From the NCBI RefSeq assembly GCF_009914755.1, contig NC_060935.1: 64,000 nt of DNA; one strand, written 5' to 3'. Both the position numbers and the translations under genes were made by a program. The notes below the pieces were generated by a model that was given only the letters and a program-made list of their open reading frames with translations, searched no databases and was not told where the DNA came from. Below are positions 1 to 14,429 of this stretch, one piece after another; within the stretch, counting starts at the first letter, position 1; each line of letters begins with the position of its first letter. The stretch comes from the human T2T-CHM13v2.0 reference genome, Homo sapiens.

Positions 1-960
1 GGAAACCCCAAGGTTTCATATTCCGAAAGATAAAACAATAAAAAACATGATTTCTGTCCTCAGATTACTGATAGTGAAGTAATAAAAGATGGCAATGCTA
101 TGCAGTAAGTACTACAATAGCATCACTTACGAGATTCTATGGAAGCACATGCCATAGACTTAAAGGACAAGAAAGAATTCCTGGAAGAACAAAGTCTCTC
201 GTATTAGTTAACCAAGAGTTAGCCAGGGAAGATGAAGAGGAAGGGAGATGTTTTATTTAGAGAGAACAATATGTGAAAAAGCCTAATGTTATGAAATACA
301 CGACAAAAGTTGTATGTGGCTGATGCATGGGAATATGTGGAAGAGTATCAGGAGAGGAAGTTACAGTGTTGATAGTACACGTTATGAAATAACTTTTATG
401 CCAATCTAAAGAAATCAAAGATGCTGTTGAAGGAATAAAATCAGAGGAGTGTCATGATCAGATTTATATTTTAGCTCATTATAGCAAAGGGGCAGAGGAT
501 GAATTGAAAACAGGCTGGAGGCAAAGAGTAAAGTAGAAAGCTGTTATAATGTTCTAGGCAAGAAGATGGCTATGGAGGTGGAACTGGATGGAGTAGATAG
601 GATCAGTAGGAGTCAAGGATTAATTATAGATGAAGCATGAACAGCATTGCCAGAAATGGAATTCTTGTAGATTATGAAAACTTTATTTTCACATTTTAAC
701 ATAAATTTTTCTAAAATACAATGCATATTTCTATAATCTTTCATATAGTTTATGATAAAAGTGGTTTGATCTTTTCTTCATGCCCTACAATCATTATTAT
801 GAGCATTAAATATTCTCCTCCATTATATTATTGTACTGCCTTTGAGCTATTAAGCTTTATTTAGGCTATAATAAGTAGCCTGTAACAGTTAAGTTTGGTG
901 AGTTCTTGCATTGAGGATTATCTATCTTCTTGTAATTTCTCTTTTTAAAATTAAACTGTT

Positions 961-1262
961 GGCTGGGCGCAGTGGCTCACGCCTTTAATCCCAGCACTTT
1001 GGGAGGCCAAGGTGGGTGCGTTACTTGAGGTCAGGAGTTCAAGACCAGCCTGGCCAACCTGGTGAAACCCCGTCTCTACTAAAAATACAAAAATTAGCTG
1101 GGCATTGTGGCGCATGCCTGTAATCCCAGCTATTCAGGAGGCTGAGGCAAGAGAATCTCCTGAACCTGGGAGGCAAAGGTTGTGGTGAGCCGAGATCATG
1201 CCACAGCACTCCAGCCTGGGTGACAGAGCGAGTCTCCATTTAAAAATAATAATAATAAATTA
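961..1262 (+). mobile_element. Alu (AluS-like)
   Basis: GGCTGGGCGCAGTGGCTCAC start, dimer structure, A-rich tail, flanking aaattaaact duplication. Confidence 0.95.
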
Positions 1263-1282
1263 AATTAAACCAAATTAAACTC

Positions 1283-4110
1283 TTTATTTTGAGGTAATTG
1301 TAGATTCACAGGCAATTGTAAAAAATAAAACAGAGAGATTCCATATACCTTTTACCCAGTTTCCCCCAATGATAACATCTTGCAAAACTATATAGTACAA
1401 TATCACAACTAGCATAATAATATGTTTACAGTCAAGAAATAGAACAGTTCCATCACCACAAAGATCCCTCAAGTGTTGTCCTTTTATAGCCACACCTACT
1501 TCTCTCCCAGTCCCACCCCCTGGAAATCACTAATATGATGTTCTCCATTTCTACAGTTTTTTCATTTCCAGAGTGTTGTATAAAGGGGATCATACCATAT
1601 ATAACCTTTGAGGATTGACTTTTCTCAGTACAATTCTTTGGGATTCATTCAAGTTGTAGTGTGTATCAGTAGCTTTTTCATTCTTATTGCTGAATATTTA
1701 TTATTATTATTATTTCATGATATGGATGCACCAGAGTTTGACCATTCACCCATTGAAGGACATGATATGTCAGTCTATTATAAATGAAGTTGATAAAAAC
1801 ATTCACATACAGGTTTTTGTATAAACATAAGCCTTTATTTCTCTGGGATAAGTGACCATGAGTACTCTGGTTAGGTCATATGGTAGTTGCCCATTTAGTG
1901 TGTTTAAAAACTGCCAGCCGTTTTTCAGAGTATAAGCGTGATCCAGCTTTTCCTCATCCTCACTAGCATTTGGTATTGTCACTATTTTTTATTTTAATCA
2001 TTCTGATAGGTATGCAGTAATATCTCATTGTGGTTTTAACTTGTATTTCCCTAATTGCTAGTGATGCAGATTATCTTTTCATATTTTATTTACCATCTGT
2101 TCTCTTTTAGTGAAATTCTCTTTACATTTTTGTTCATTTTTAATTGGACTGTTTGCTCTTTTATTATTGAGTTTTGAGAGCTCTACATATATTCTAGATA
2201 CTAGTCCTTTGTCAGATATGTTGTTTGTAAACATTTTCTCCTACCTTGGAGATTATTTTTCCATCTTCTTCATAGAGTCTCTTCCGGAGCAGAAGTTTTG
2301 AATTTTGATGAAATTCAGCTTATTGGTTTTTCTTTTTATGGACTCTGCTTTTGATGTAAAGTCTAGGAACTCTTTGCGTAGCCCTAGGTTCTGAAGATTT
2401 TCTCCTGTGTTTTATCCTCAAAATATTATAGTTTTATGTTTTACAGTTAAGTCTGTGATCCAGTTTTAGTTAATCTTTCTATAAAGTATCAGATGTGTAC
2501 CAAAGTTTGGAGGTTTTGTTTGATAGTTTTTTGGGGGTGTGTTTTGTCTCCAGATGTCCAGTTGGTCCAGCATTATTTGTTGAATAGGCTACCTTTCCTC
2601 CATGAATTGTTTTTGCACCCTGTCAAAAATCAGTTGAGCATATTTGTATGCATCTATTTTGGGGTTCTTTATTCTGTTCTTTTTGTGTCTCTTCCTCCAC
2701 CAATACCCCACAATTTTGATTACTGTAGCTGTATAATAAGTCTTCAAATCATGTAGGCTAATTCTTCCCACTTTATTCTTTTTCAGAATTGTTTTAGGTG
2801 TTCTAATCTTTGCCTTTGAATATGAAATTTAGAATAATATTATCTAAACCTGCAAAAATTATTGCTGAGAGTTTCATAGGAATTGCATTATACCTGTATA
2901 TCAATGTGGGATGGGGAAAACTGACATCTTCACTATGTTGGATCTCCTAATAAATCTACTGAGTTTTTTATTTCAGTTGTTGTGTTTTTTAATTCTAAAT
3001 TTTTCATTTGATTCTTCTTTATATTGATTCTTTATGTTTTCTATTTATTTTCTGAGACTGTTTTTTCATCTACAAACATGCTCATTGAAGCATTTTTATC
3101 ATGGCTGCTTTAAAATGTTTGTCAAATAATTCTAACATTCCTGTCATCTTGATGGTGGCATATGTTGATTGTCTTTTTTCGCTAAGTTTGAGACTTTCCT
3201 GGTTCTCAGAATGACAAGTGATTTTCTATTGAAACCCAAACATTTTCATACTCTATTATGAGATTCTGTGACTTATTTAAACCTTAAACTTTAGCTGATT
3301 CTCCCTGACACTGCTCTAGCAGGGGAAGAAAGGATGCAGCCTCATTACAGACAGTTGGAGGTAGAAGCCAAGGTTCATCACTCAGCCTCTGTGGACACTA
3401 GATAAGTAGGACAGTTCTTTATTACTGCTGAGCAGGAGGAGGAGTTCCAGCTTCTCACGTGGTCTCCATTGATACCACAGTGGAGGTGGCCTTATTACTG
3501 CTGGATGGTAGTGAAAGTCATATCTCTCTGCAGGCTTCCTCAGATACCACCAACTATGGAGAGCGTAGGGCACTTCGTCCTGCTGGGTAGGTGAAAATCC
3601 AGACTCACGACATAGTCTCTACTAATACCAGGATGAGGAGAAGACCACTTTACCACCAGGTGGAGATGAAAGCCAGGCGTTCTACTCAGCTTCTCTGACA
3701 CCATCCCTACAGGAGGGTTGAGGGCACATTGTTACAAGGGAGGCAAGGATAGAAATCTAAGCTCTCCATTCAGTCTTTTCTGGCTGGATGGGAGTGGAAC
3801 CACAATTTTCTGTGGTGTTTGGATGGAGTGACAGGATTTTTGCCTAAGTTTTCTGTCTAGCTAAGCTGATCTTTTCCTTATCCTGAGGCTAGAGAGAGCA
3901 AGCTTTAGTTAGGACTTTTTTTTTTTTTTTTTTGTCTAAGCTTGATGCTTCCAGGCTTCAAGCTTTTTTTCTGCTCCAAGTCTGGGATATACGAAACAAA
4001 AAGAAAACCCAGAGAACTTAAGCACCATGTCCTTTCTCAGGCGCCAGGGTCCCTAGCCTGCTGACCTCCTCTTCTTCACTTCTCAGACTCTTCTTATGGG
4101 TGTGTGTTGG
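1283..4110 (-). mobile_element. Old L1 (L1M-type) fragments, antisense
   Basis: L1 3'UTR/ORF2-like antisense sequence; minus ORF 2589-2771 resembles the L1 ORF2 motif YYKATVIKTVWYW. Confidence 0.8.
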
Positions 4111-4118
4111 GGAGGGCG

Positions 4119-4839
4119 TAGTTGCCCCTTGTATCTTCTGGTGATTGGTTCCAAGACCCCCAGGGATACCAAAATCCACAGATACTCAAGTCTCTTATAT
4201 AAAATAGTGAACTATTTGCATATAATCTACACACATCCTCTCATATGCTCTGAATCTTCTCTAGATTACTTATAATAACTAATACAGTGTAAATGTTATG
4301 TAAATAGTTGTTATACTATATTTTTATTTGTATTATTTTTATTGTATTGTTGTGTCCCTTCTGGTGGGTTCGTGGTCTCGCTGACTTCAGGAGTGAAGCC
4401 GCAGACCCTCGCGGTGAGTGTTACAGCTCTTAAAGGTGGTGCGGACCCAAAGAGTGACCAGCAGCAAGATTTATTATGAAGAGTGAAAGAACAAAACCTC
4501 CACACCATGGAACAGGACCCCAACGGGTTGCCCCTGCTGGCTCTGGTGGCCAGCTTTTATCCCCTTATTTGGCCCTGCCCATGTCCTGCTGATTAGTCCA
4601 TTTTACAGAGTGCTGATTGGCCCATTTTACAGAGTGCTGATTGGTCCATTTTACAGAATGCTGATTGGTGCATTACAATCCTCTAGCTAGACAGAGAAGT
4701 TCTCCAAGTCCCCACCCAACCCAGAGGCCCAGCTGGCTTCACCTCTCATTGTTATTTTTATTGTTTTTTCCCAAATATTTTCAATCCAGGGTTGGTTGAA
4801 TCTGTAGATATGGAACTCACAGATATGGAGGGCAAACTG
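4119..4839. mobile_element. MER2 (TcMar-Tigger MITE) interrupted by an LTR12 insertion
   Basis: agttgcccctt...gattggttccaagacccc start and gagggcaaactg|ta end (terminal inverted repeats, TA target). Confidence 0.75.
4351..4748 (-). mobile_element. LTR12-family (ERV9) solo LTR, short variant
   Basis: Minus strand starts TGAGAGGTGAAGCCAGCTGG and ends GGACACA; tandem CCAATCAGCA-containing repeats; 4-bp TSD ttgt at 4347-4350 and 4749-4752. Confidence 0.88.
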
Positions 4840-7800
4840 TATATATCATGCACAGGAGTTTTAGTTGTACTTAGCGGGAGAAATAGAAAAAGTATGTCTA
4901 CCTCCATTTTCCCAGAAGCAGAATTTGTGTCTTTTTGATGTTAGTATTTCTCCTTCTAGCAGCTCCTTCACATTTTTTTTTAATATTTCTAATACATTTT
5001 AACCTACTAAATCGAGGGATTTTGTTAGAACTGAAATCTAAGGATAGTGAATGAGGACCTAAGAGAGCTTGTTACTAAATTTTTGAGCTTTAGTTAATTG
5101 ATATGTTTCTTTACACTGACACCTCAACCTTTAGAGAAATGAGATACTTTTATATTTTTCCTTTGTATGATGTATATTACTAATTCTATGAATCTTTATT
5201 GTTTAGGTGTTTTGCCCTGTGATAGTGTATTGAGGGTAATTTTCAACATTTCATTTGTCGTCTTTTCCAGTCAAGTGAAAGACAATCTGTTGGAAAATAT
5301 GGTTTTCATACATTCTTTTAGGATTTCAAATAATTTTATGTCTCGGAAAGCACAGGATTATAATCTGGGACACATGTTTCTTTGACAGGCAATGAAAACT
5401 CACAGTAGATTATTGGGTTTAGTTCTATTATAGGCATATTGTTGGCATTATTATTTGTTAAAAATGGTATTTTTCATTTCTAAAAACCATTTATCCAACT
5501 GCCTTTTTTAACTTTCAAGAAGAACAATTTATCCTTATTTTTAATTTTTTAATTTCTAATTGTCTCAAAATATATTTAGCTTTACAGTTTAATATTATCA
5601 TATTTCTAGAGAGTTGTAGCTACCTAGATCTGAAATGTCGTTCCGTCCAGAAGAAAGAAATGTATCACAAAAGGCAAGTTCTTCAGTTCTATGTTTGTCT
5701 CCTGTGACCACAGATACTCTAAATACTACTTCCTAGGTTCTATTGTTAAACGGTTGCCATGATGTTTATTTGCTCACTTCTCAAGAGCATTTCCAACAGA
5801 GGAAAATGATACCCATAGCTGTAGACCCCAGGAAACAAGAACAAATAGTTCGGCATATAGCTGTCATTTGATGAGATGGCTCACATTGAGCCAAGGTGCT
5901 CTACATGTTTCATGAGGCAGAGCTGCATATGTTAAACAGACCCTTCGAAAGTTGCTAAGGCAGACTGTGTTTCTTCTGCGAAAAAGACTAATTCCAGGGT
6001 AAATAGGAAGCAAAAATGTACTTTCTCAACTCTGAATTCTACAATGGTAGAAAATCTTTCTCATTTTTATTGCCATTTCCTTCTATTCTCACAGCATTTA
6101 CCAGTGCCTGGCACAGAATAATATAAAAGGAACTCTGTAAATAGTCACTGAGTAATGAAAGAAGTATAGTAATCATCACTATAATTGCTTATTAAAACTT
6201 TTTATTATTGGCCTATCATTGAGTTCAGGAGTAGAAATGTCTGCTTATTGGTGACACTCCATCCCTGATTTAGTGTGGCTCAACCTAACACAGGCTTTAT
6301 TTTCTACAGTCCCAGAAAATACTGTATGAAATTATTATTACTTTCTGTATACATTTTAGCCCAGAAAACCTGGCCACTGTGGAACAATATGAAATGATGG
6401 TGATGATAATTTGCTGTCAAAATGACTTTTGGATAATTACAAGAAAAATACCACCTCTTAGCTTTGGAAATCTATCATTCATCATTGCCAAATATTGCTG
6501 AATTGGTGGTTATTTTCTCAATTTCTCAAACTTGCTAAGTTTTTTTCCCTCTCAATTCAGGACCTTTACACACTGTTTCTGCCTAGAGCACTTTTTTTCC
6601 CCATTTTTAAAATGATTTGCCCCTGCGTATTTGGAGTTTTTTAGTTTAAATATATCCAGAGAAATATTCCCTGTTTACCTTATTTAAAGTGGGTTTCCCT
6701 GGCTCCCTATCTCAAACTGGAGTTTCTTTACTTCCTAGCACTTATGATAATTAGTAATTCTTTGTTTACTTGGTTTTGTTAGCTTGCCTCACTAAATAAT
6801 AAATACCTGCCTGAACCGTATCTGTTTTACTTACTGTTATATACCAAACAGATACATTATTAAATACAAATAATAGATAACTGCTTTTAAAAGTGCTCTG
6901 ATTATATTTGAAGTTGACATATGGTCAAACATTTATTAAACAATTATTTATTAAGCATCTACCAGGTACAAAGCATTGTGTTAGGAACAGGACTTCCAGA
7001 AATTAAAATTTCAGGCTCTGCACTCAGTGAACTTGAAGAGTATGATGGGAAAGACAGACAGTTAAAATGCAATTAATTCTTCCATTCCACAATGCTACTG
7101 CATGCTGCTGTGTTCCAAGCCCTATGCTATGTGCTGACACAGACACTGAACTTATGATACTTACAGTCTGACAAGCAATGCAGAAAAGTAAGTAATTACA
7201 ATTTAGTGAGATAAATCCTATGGTAAGGTTAAGCTTAGGATTCCATGGGAAAACAAATTCGTGTTACATGTGGAAGTTGGAGATGGAAGTGCTTTGAAGA
7301 AAAAAATTACAGAAAGGTTGTTACATAGTGTATACTCGTTTAAAACCAGGTAGAATCAGGCTGCCTAGTTTAGACTCCCAGTTCTTCCACTTAATAGTTA
7401 TGTGGCCTTGCACAAGTTACTGAACCTTTTTAAGATTCAGGATTTTTGTCTGTAAAATGCTTACCTCAGATAACTGCTGTGGGATAAAACAAGGTAATAC
7501 ATAAAAAATACTTAGCACTTACAGTGCCTGACCATACTAAGCACTTGTAATGAATGATTATTATTTTCACAGGTCACCTTATATGTAATGACAAACTTAC
7601 TTTGCCAGCAGCCTTCTCCAAAACTTTCTTTCCATATCAGTCCCTAGCACCCTGATAGTATCCCTCTATCCGAAATATAAACGCCAATCATGTAAATGCT
7701 CACATGCACAGTGCTTTTGGGAAGAAAGTAAACATGGAAAACTTTCACCCCCGAGACCCCCCCCCCACCAAAACAATTAAGACTTAAAGCAATTGAAGAT

Positions 7801-9664
7801 ATGTCATTATATTAGAAATTGTTCCTAGAACCCCAAGTTGAGGAAAACATGGATGAAGTAATTTTTTCGGTATGTGATAAGGTCTCTGCTTACAGCTTCT
7901 GTTTTTCTCTATGATAAAGGATGTGAGAGGGAGGTGGAAGGTGATATCATGGAAAGTGTGAAGATACTCACAGATAGATACAAAGGACAAGGTATCATCT
8001 TCGCTCTTTGTTTTCATTTCTGGCTATTGCTCTCCCTTTTCTCTAAAATCCTCCAGCTGTCTTCAAGCACATGCCATCAAAATATACTGCTTATCCCTAC
8101 TTTTCCTTACTGCAGTCATCTATAGATCCTCTGTGTCATTCCTTGAAAGTTTTAGCAACTTGGCTCTTTTTGTCTCCCTACTATTATTCCAGCGATCATT
8201 CTTTGTGATTTTAGTGTCTGCATAGACCATTCATCCAACCTAATGGTCTGTCATTTTCTTGAACTTCACGCATTCAATGGCACATCACCTCAACTATTTA
8301 CAGTTACTACTTCACCTCCAAAATCTCAATTTCAGTCATCTCAATCTCTGATCTATATCTCCTATTTTTCCATGCCACTTCCTCTAGTACCCTGAATTCA
8401 ACAGTTCTAAGACCCCACCAGGTCCTCCAATCCATTTATCTTATTACCCTTTTTCTGTTAATCCCATCCCTCATGTTCTCACTTCTGTTCAAACTGAGCT
8501 TCACACTCCATAGTCTATCATTATCATTCCCCAGAATATACCCTGAAACCTCTTGCAGTCAATCTCTGCCCTTCATAGCAACCACTGTTATAATTTCTAT
8601 CATCAGAGTTAATTTTTCATGTTGAGATTCATCCATGTATTAGTTCATTCTTATTGCCCAATGGTATTCCATTGTAAAAATATATCATAATTTATTTAGC
8701 CATTCTTATATTGATAGGCATTGGGTTATTCTAATTTGGGACTACTAATAAAGCTGCTGGCGGAAAGATAATTATAGTCAAAATGGTAAAACATGAGAGA
8801 ATCCATAAGTAGGAAATCTTTTTGTGGATATACATTTTTATTTGTTCTGAGTAAACTAAAAGTAGAATTGGTAAGTCTTAGGGTATGTGTATGTTTAACC
8901 ATATAAGAAGATGTCAAACAGTTTTCCAAAAGGGCTGACCTTTTTTACACACCCTCCAGCATTGTGCATGTGAGTCCCAGTGGCTTTATAACCTTCCCAG
9001 TCAGCCTTTTTAATTTTAGCTATATACTAAGAATAAATTGAGTTTAGTTTTCACTTGCCTGATGTGCCATTCATAAGTTTTTTAATGAAATATCTATTCA
9101 AATATTTTGTCCGTGTTTTAAGTTGGGTTGTTTGTCGTCTTCTTGTTGAATTGTAAGATATATATATAGATATCTATATATATATTCTGGGTACAAGTTC
9201 TTTGTCACAGATTTATATTGTAAGTATTTTCTTCTAACCTGTGGCTTACCTTTTCATTTATTTAATGAAATCTTTCAAAGAGCAGTTTTACATTGTGATG
9301 ACGTACAATTATCAATTGTTTGTTCTATGGTTAGTCTTCTCTAAGACATTTTGTCCACCCCAAGGTCATAACTTCTTGATTTCTTCTGGAAAGTTCATAC
9401 TTACAGATTTTCAGTCTAGTTTTATCATTCATCTCAAATTATATGTGTGTGGTATGATATAAGGGTTGAGTGGTTTTTTCACATAAGTTTATTTAGTTGC
9501 TCCAGCACCATTTGTTGGAAAATAATTTCCTTTCACCATTCAGTGGTCTTGATGCCTTTTTTGAAAATCAATTGAGGGTCTACTTCTGTGCTCTGTATTT
9601 TGTTCCATTGGTCTGTTTACTCTTATACTAATACTACATTGACTTGATTATTGTAGCATTATAG

Positions 9665-9897
9665 CAGGAATTCTCAACAGCAGTACTATTGACATTGTGG
9701 ATGAGATAATTATTTATTATAGGGGAACTACCATATAGGAATTTTAGGATGAAGTATAGGATGTTTAACAGTACTTGCCTGCTGTCCACTAGATACCAGT
9801 AGCACACACCAGTCATGACAATTTAAAATGTCTCTAGACATTGTCAAAGATCCACTTGAGGGGGAAGGGGCAAAACTCTCCTCAGTTGAGAACCACT
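9665..9897 (-). mobile_element. MER20 (hAT-Charlie MITE)
   Basis: ttctcaac...actattgacatt...ccactagataccagtagc...gttgagaaccact matches the recalled MER20 consensus. Confidence 0.8.
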
Positions 9898-10876
9898 TCT
9901 TTATAGTGAAATAAGATAGTGTGTAGCCTCTGATTTTGTTTTGATTCAAGATAGTTTTGCTTATTCTAGGTATTTTTACTTTTCCCTATAAATAAATCTG
10001 CCTGGTTTTGAGTGGGATTGTGGTGAATTTGTATATCAATTTAGAGAGACTTGATAACAATTCTAATTGCATTAATAAAATTGAGTCTTGCAGTCCATGA
10101 AATCCATGAACACAGCTTATCTCTTCTCCTCTTTCCCCCACCCTTTATTTTGGTTTGGGTTTTTTTGGTTTGTTTATTTAATTTCTCTCAGTGGCATTTT
10201 CTAGTTTTCAGTACAGAAGTCTTGCATGTCTTTGTTTAATGACTCCTAAATATTTTGTATTTTGTAATGCTTTTATAAATGAATTTATTTAAATTTCATT
10301 TCCCATTGTTTGTTGCTTATATGTTGAAATACAAATGATTTTTCTATATTGACCTTGTATTCTAAGAACTTGTTAAATTTTCTCATTAGTTCCAGGAGTT
10401 ATTTTATATATTCCTGATGATTTTCTAGTTATATAATTATGTCGTCTGCAAATAAAGAGAATTTAATGTCTATCTTTCCAGTCAATATGGCTTTTACTTT
10501 TTTGTTGGCCTCAGTGAACTTTCTAGGACTTCCAGTGCAAATGGGGACTAGAAGTAGTATGAGTAACCCTCTTTGCCTTATACCTTTTGGGGGAAGTATT
10601 TACTATTTCACCATTAACTATGCTGCTAGCTAGGGAATTTGGGTAGGTGCCCTCTATCAGATTGAAAAAGTTTCCTCTCATTCCTAGTTTGCTGAGAATT
10701 TTTATGAATGTGCATTGAATACTGTCAAATACTTTTTCTACATCTATTTTGATGATCATATCACTTCCCTCTTTTTTGTCAATATAGTGAGATGCACTAA
10801 TTTCACATTCCATGGATAACCCTCATTTGGTAATGATATGTTATTTTTATAAACTGCTGGATTTTATTTGCTAATA

Positions 10877-11475
10877 CAGATTGAGTGCTCATTATCTCAA
10901 ATGCTTGGAACTAGAAGTGTTGTGGATTTTAATTCTTTTTAGACTTTTGGAATATTTGTACATACATAATGAGTTATCTTGGGAATGAGACTCAAGTCTA
11001 AGCATGAAATTCATTTATGTTTGATATACACCTTATACACATAGCCTAAAGGTAATTTTATGTAATATTTTTAAATAATTTTGTGCATGAAACAAAGTTT
11101 GTGTACATTGAACCATCAAAAAGCAAAGATGTCATTGTCTCAGTCAACCACGTGGACAATCTGCGGTTGTTTGGTCATCACCACCATTCCTGAGTCTGAA
11201 TTTATATGTTACTGATAAGCAATCATTTTCTTATACTTATTCACACTTAAGTACTTAAAAGTAAAAAATATGACAGATAACATTAACACATTGAAAAAAT
11301 AACGTGTTCAAGGTAATGAACCAGTACAGTAGCATCACCGGAATACCTGTATCAGCTGGCAGACAACAGCAATAGCAAACAAAGGCAGACTTTCAGTCTT
11401 CATGTCAGTACTCAAAAGTTTCAAATTTTGTAGCATTTCAGATTTTGGATTTGCTGATTAGAGATGCTTAACCTG
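10877..11475 (-). mobile_element. Tigger4 internal-deletion derivative (Tigger4b/MER46-like)
   Basis: ta|cagattgag ... gatgcttaacctg|ta termini with TA TSD; homologous, in reverse, to the ends of the 56741-59695 element. Confidence 0.8.
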
Positions 11476-11813
11476 TATTTTGTGAAGGATTTTTGTGTAA
11501 TGTTGATGAGAGATATTGCTCTATAAATTTCTTTGCTTCTAATGTGTTGTCGGGTTTTGGAATCATAGTTATGCTGGCCTTATAAAACATGGTGGGGAGT
11601 GTTTTGTTCACCTCTATATTTTGAAAATGGTTGTGTATGATTGTTGTTTCTCTTTTAAACGTTTGACAAAAAAATTATAATATATCTGAACCTAGAGTTT
11701 TTTTTGTGGGAAACTTATTAATTATAAATTATTAATGTGTAGAGGTTTTCATATTTTATTTTCTTTTGTGTCGGTTTTGGAAAGTAGTTTCTTTTAAGAA
11801 ATTGGTCCATTTT

Positions 11814-12156
<343 letters not shown>

Positions 12157-12538
12157 AATTGGTCCATTTTACCTAAGTTGTTGAATTTATTAGCATAAAG
12201 TTGTTTGTAATATTCTCCTATTATTTTTTAAGGCCTGAGGTATTTGTAGTGATACCCTGTCTTGCATTCATGATATTATTAATTTTTGTTTTCCCTTTTT
12301 TTCTTCATTGTTCTTGCTAGGAGTTTATCAGTTTTCTTAACATTTTCCAAAGCAACTTGTCTATGTTTTCTCTATTTTTTTTTTTTTTGCTTACTACTTC
12401 ATCAGTTTATTTTCTTTTTATTAGATTCTTTCTTCTTTAGGATAAATTTGCTCATCTTCTATCTTGTTGAGGTGGAAACTGAAGTCATTGATTTTAAACC
12501 TTTCCCCTTTTCTGGTATAGCATTTAAAATTATAAATT

Positions 12539-12665
12539 GGCCAAGCATGGTGGCTCACACCTGTAATCCCAAAACTTTGGAAAGCCAAGGTAGGAGGATT
12601 TCTTGAGGCCAGGAGTCAAGACCATCCTGGGCAACAAATCAAGACACCCCCTTCTCTACAAAAAA
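12539..12665 (+). mobile_element. Alu left monomer (FLAM/AluJ fragment)
   Basis: ggccaagcatggtggctcacacctgtaatccc...tctctacaaaaaa, single monomer. Confidence 0.8.
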
Positions 12666-14429
12666 TTTTAAAATAAAATTATAAATTTTCTTCCAAACAC
12701 ACTTTTAACTGCATTTAACAAATTCAGTATGCTGTATTTTAATTTTTATATCATTCAAAAATTTTTTTTACTTCTCTTTAGATTTTTTTCTTTGATCTAT
12801 GGTTTACTTAGAACTATGTTTTCATTTTTTCTCTAATTTCCAGTTATTTGGAGCTTTTCTAGATATCGTAATTGATTTCTAATGTAAATGTGTTTTCGTC
12901 AAAAACATACCCTGTAAGATTTTAATCTTATGAAATTCATTAACATTTCTTTTATGGCTCAACATAAGATTTTTATGATGTACTTGGGAAAAGACTGTGT
13001 ATTATGATTGTTGGGTATAAATTATTACTGTTCTATAAATATCAACTAGATTGACCCAGTTGATAGTGTTGTTCAAATATTCTATATTCTTACTGATACT
13101 TTTTTCCAGATACTTTTTTCCAGTTGTTCTGTTACAAAGAAAGGATGTTAGAATATGCACCTAGGATTGTGGATTTGTCCATTTCTATCTTTAGTTCTGT
13201 GTTTGCTTCATGTATTTTGAAGGTCTATTATTGGGTTCATACATCTTTATAATTTTTGTGTCTTCCTGATGAATTGACCTTTCTATCATTATGAAATGTT
13301 GTCTTTTACCTCTAGTAATACTCCATTTCTTAAAGTCCAATATTAATAACACTCTAATAAATTTGTCTGGTATTAATATACATAGTCAAAAACTTCATCT
13401 GATATTAATGTAGTCAAATAAATTTCTCAAGCTTTTCCATTCTTTTGCCTTCAGCCCGTGTATATTTGCAATTGGGTCTTACTTTGTATCCATTCTAGCA
13501 AGTGTTAAGTCAGAAACTGTGAAGGGTCTGAGATTTTACCCTACTTGCAAGCTAATAATTTAGTTTACCATGATTTCACTCAGTACCAATGAGATGGTTG
13601 TTAATTCATGTTGCCTGTTTTGAAATATTAAACAACAAATAACTTTTGTTTCCTTGTTTTCACAAGTGTCTGCCATGTGACATAAAGGTTTAGTGTCTTC
13701 TTTGATAACTCAGATATGAGATATTACCAAACAACTTCAAATACTTTAATAGGGGAAGGCTTATAAACTCATTATTTAACAAATTCCCCTGAACATCTAG
13801 GCAGCCATGGATTTCTCAAACCAACTCTCAGATATACAGTGTTGTGTAGAGTTAGCTCCATATCAGCCATATTAAAGGACAGACCATCAAAGCATTTGCC
13901 CAGGAAACAAATCTGTAAGTATCACTGAAACATCACTAACATAAATCAGTAATACATACCAGCTGACTAAGATTCCTTCCTTACCTAACTAGATAAATGT
14001 AAATTGTTCTCATTACCAGTGAAGTAGATAGTGCTCTAAAAGAAAAATACAATAGTACAAAAAAAAATCCCTGGAACAGACATCTCTGTTTAAAAAAATG
14101 TCATAGGTATAAGTTATTTTATGCAGTTACATGCTGCACTATCAGCCATGAGACATAAAGACGACAGTTGCCTAAGTTGGCAGTTGCAGTGCGCTGATAC
14201 TCTGAAACTGAATAATGCATGACATAGTGCTGTTTACTAGGAAGATTTTAATATCACAAAACTAATTTCTAAAATCAAAAAAAGTTTTATTCTTCAGAAA
14301 AGCATATATAATAAATGCATGTAATCCTTTTAAAATAACATAAAGAAGAAAACAAACAATTTTTGTTCATAAACATTTCTCCCCATCTCTACTAAATAAA
14401 TGTTAACTGGTTTTTAAAATACTGACTTA

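Noticed and set aside
4597-4670. Three ~23-nt direct repeats, superficially array-like
   Set aside because: Normal LTR12 U3 tandem repeats with no spacers; not CRISPR.
9157-9186. (TA)n-GATATC-(TA)n palindrome
   Set aside because: Simple microsatellite self-complementarity inside an L1.
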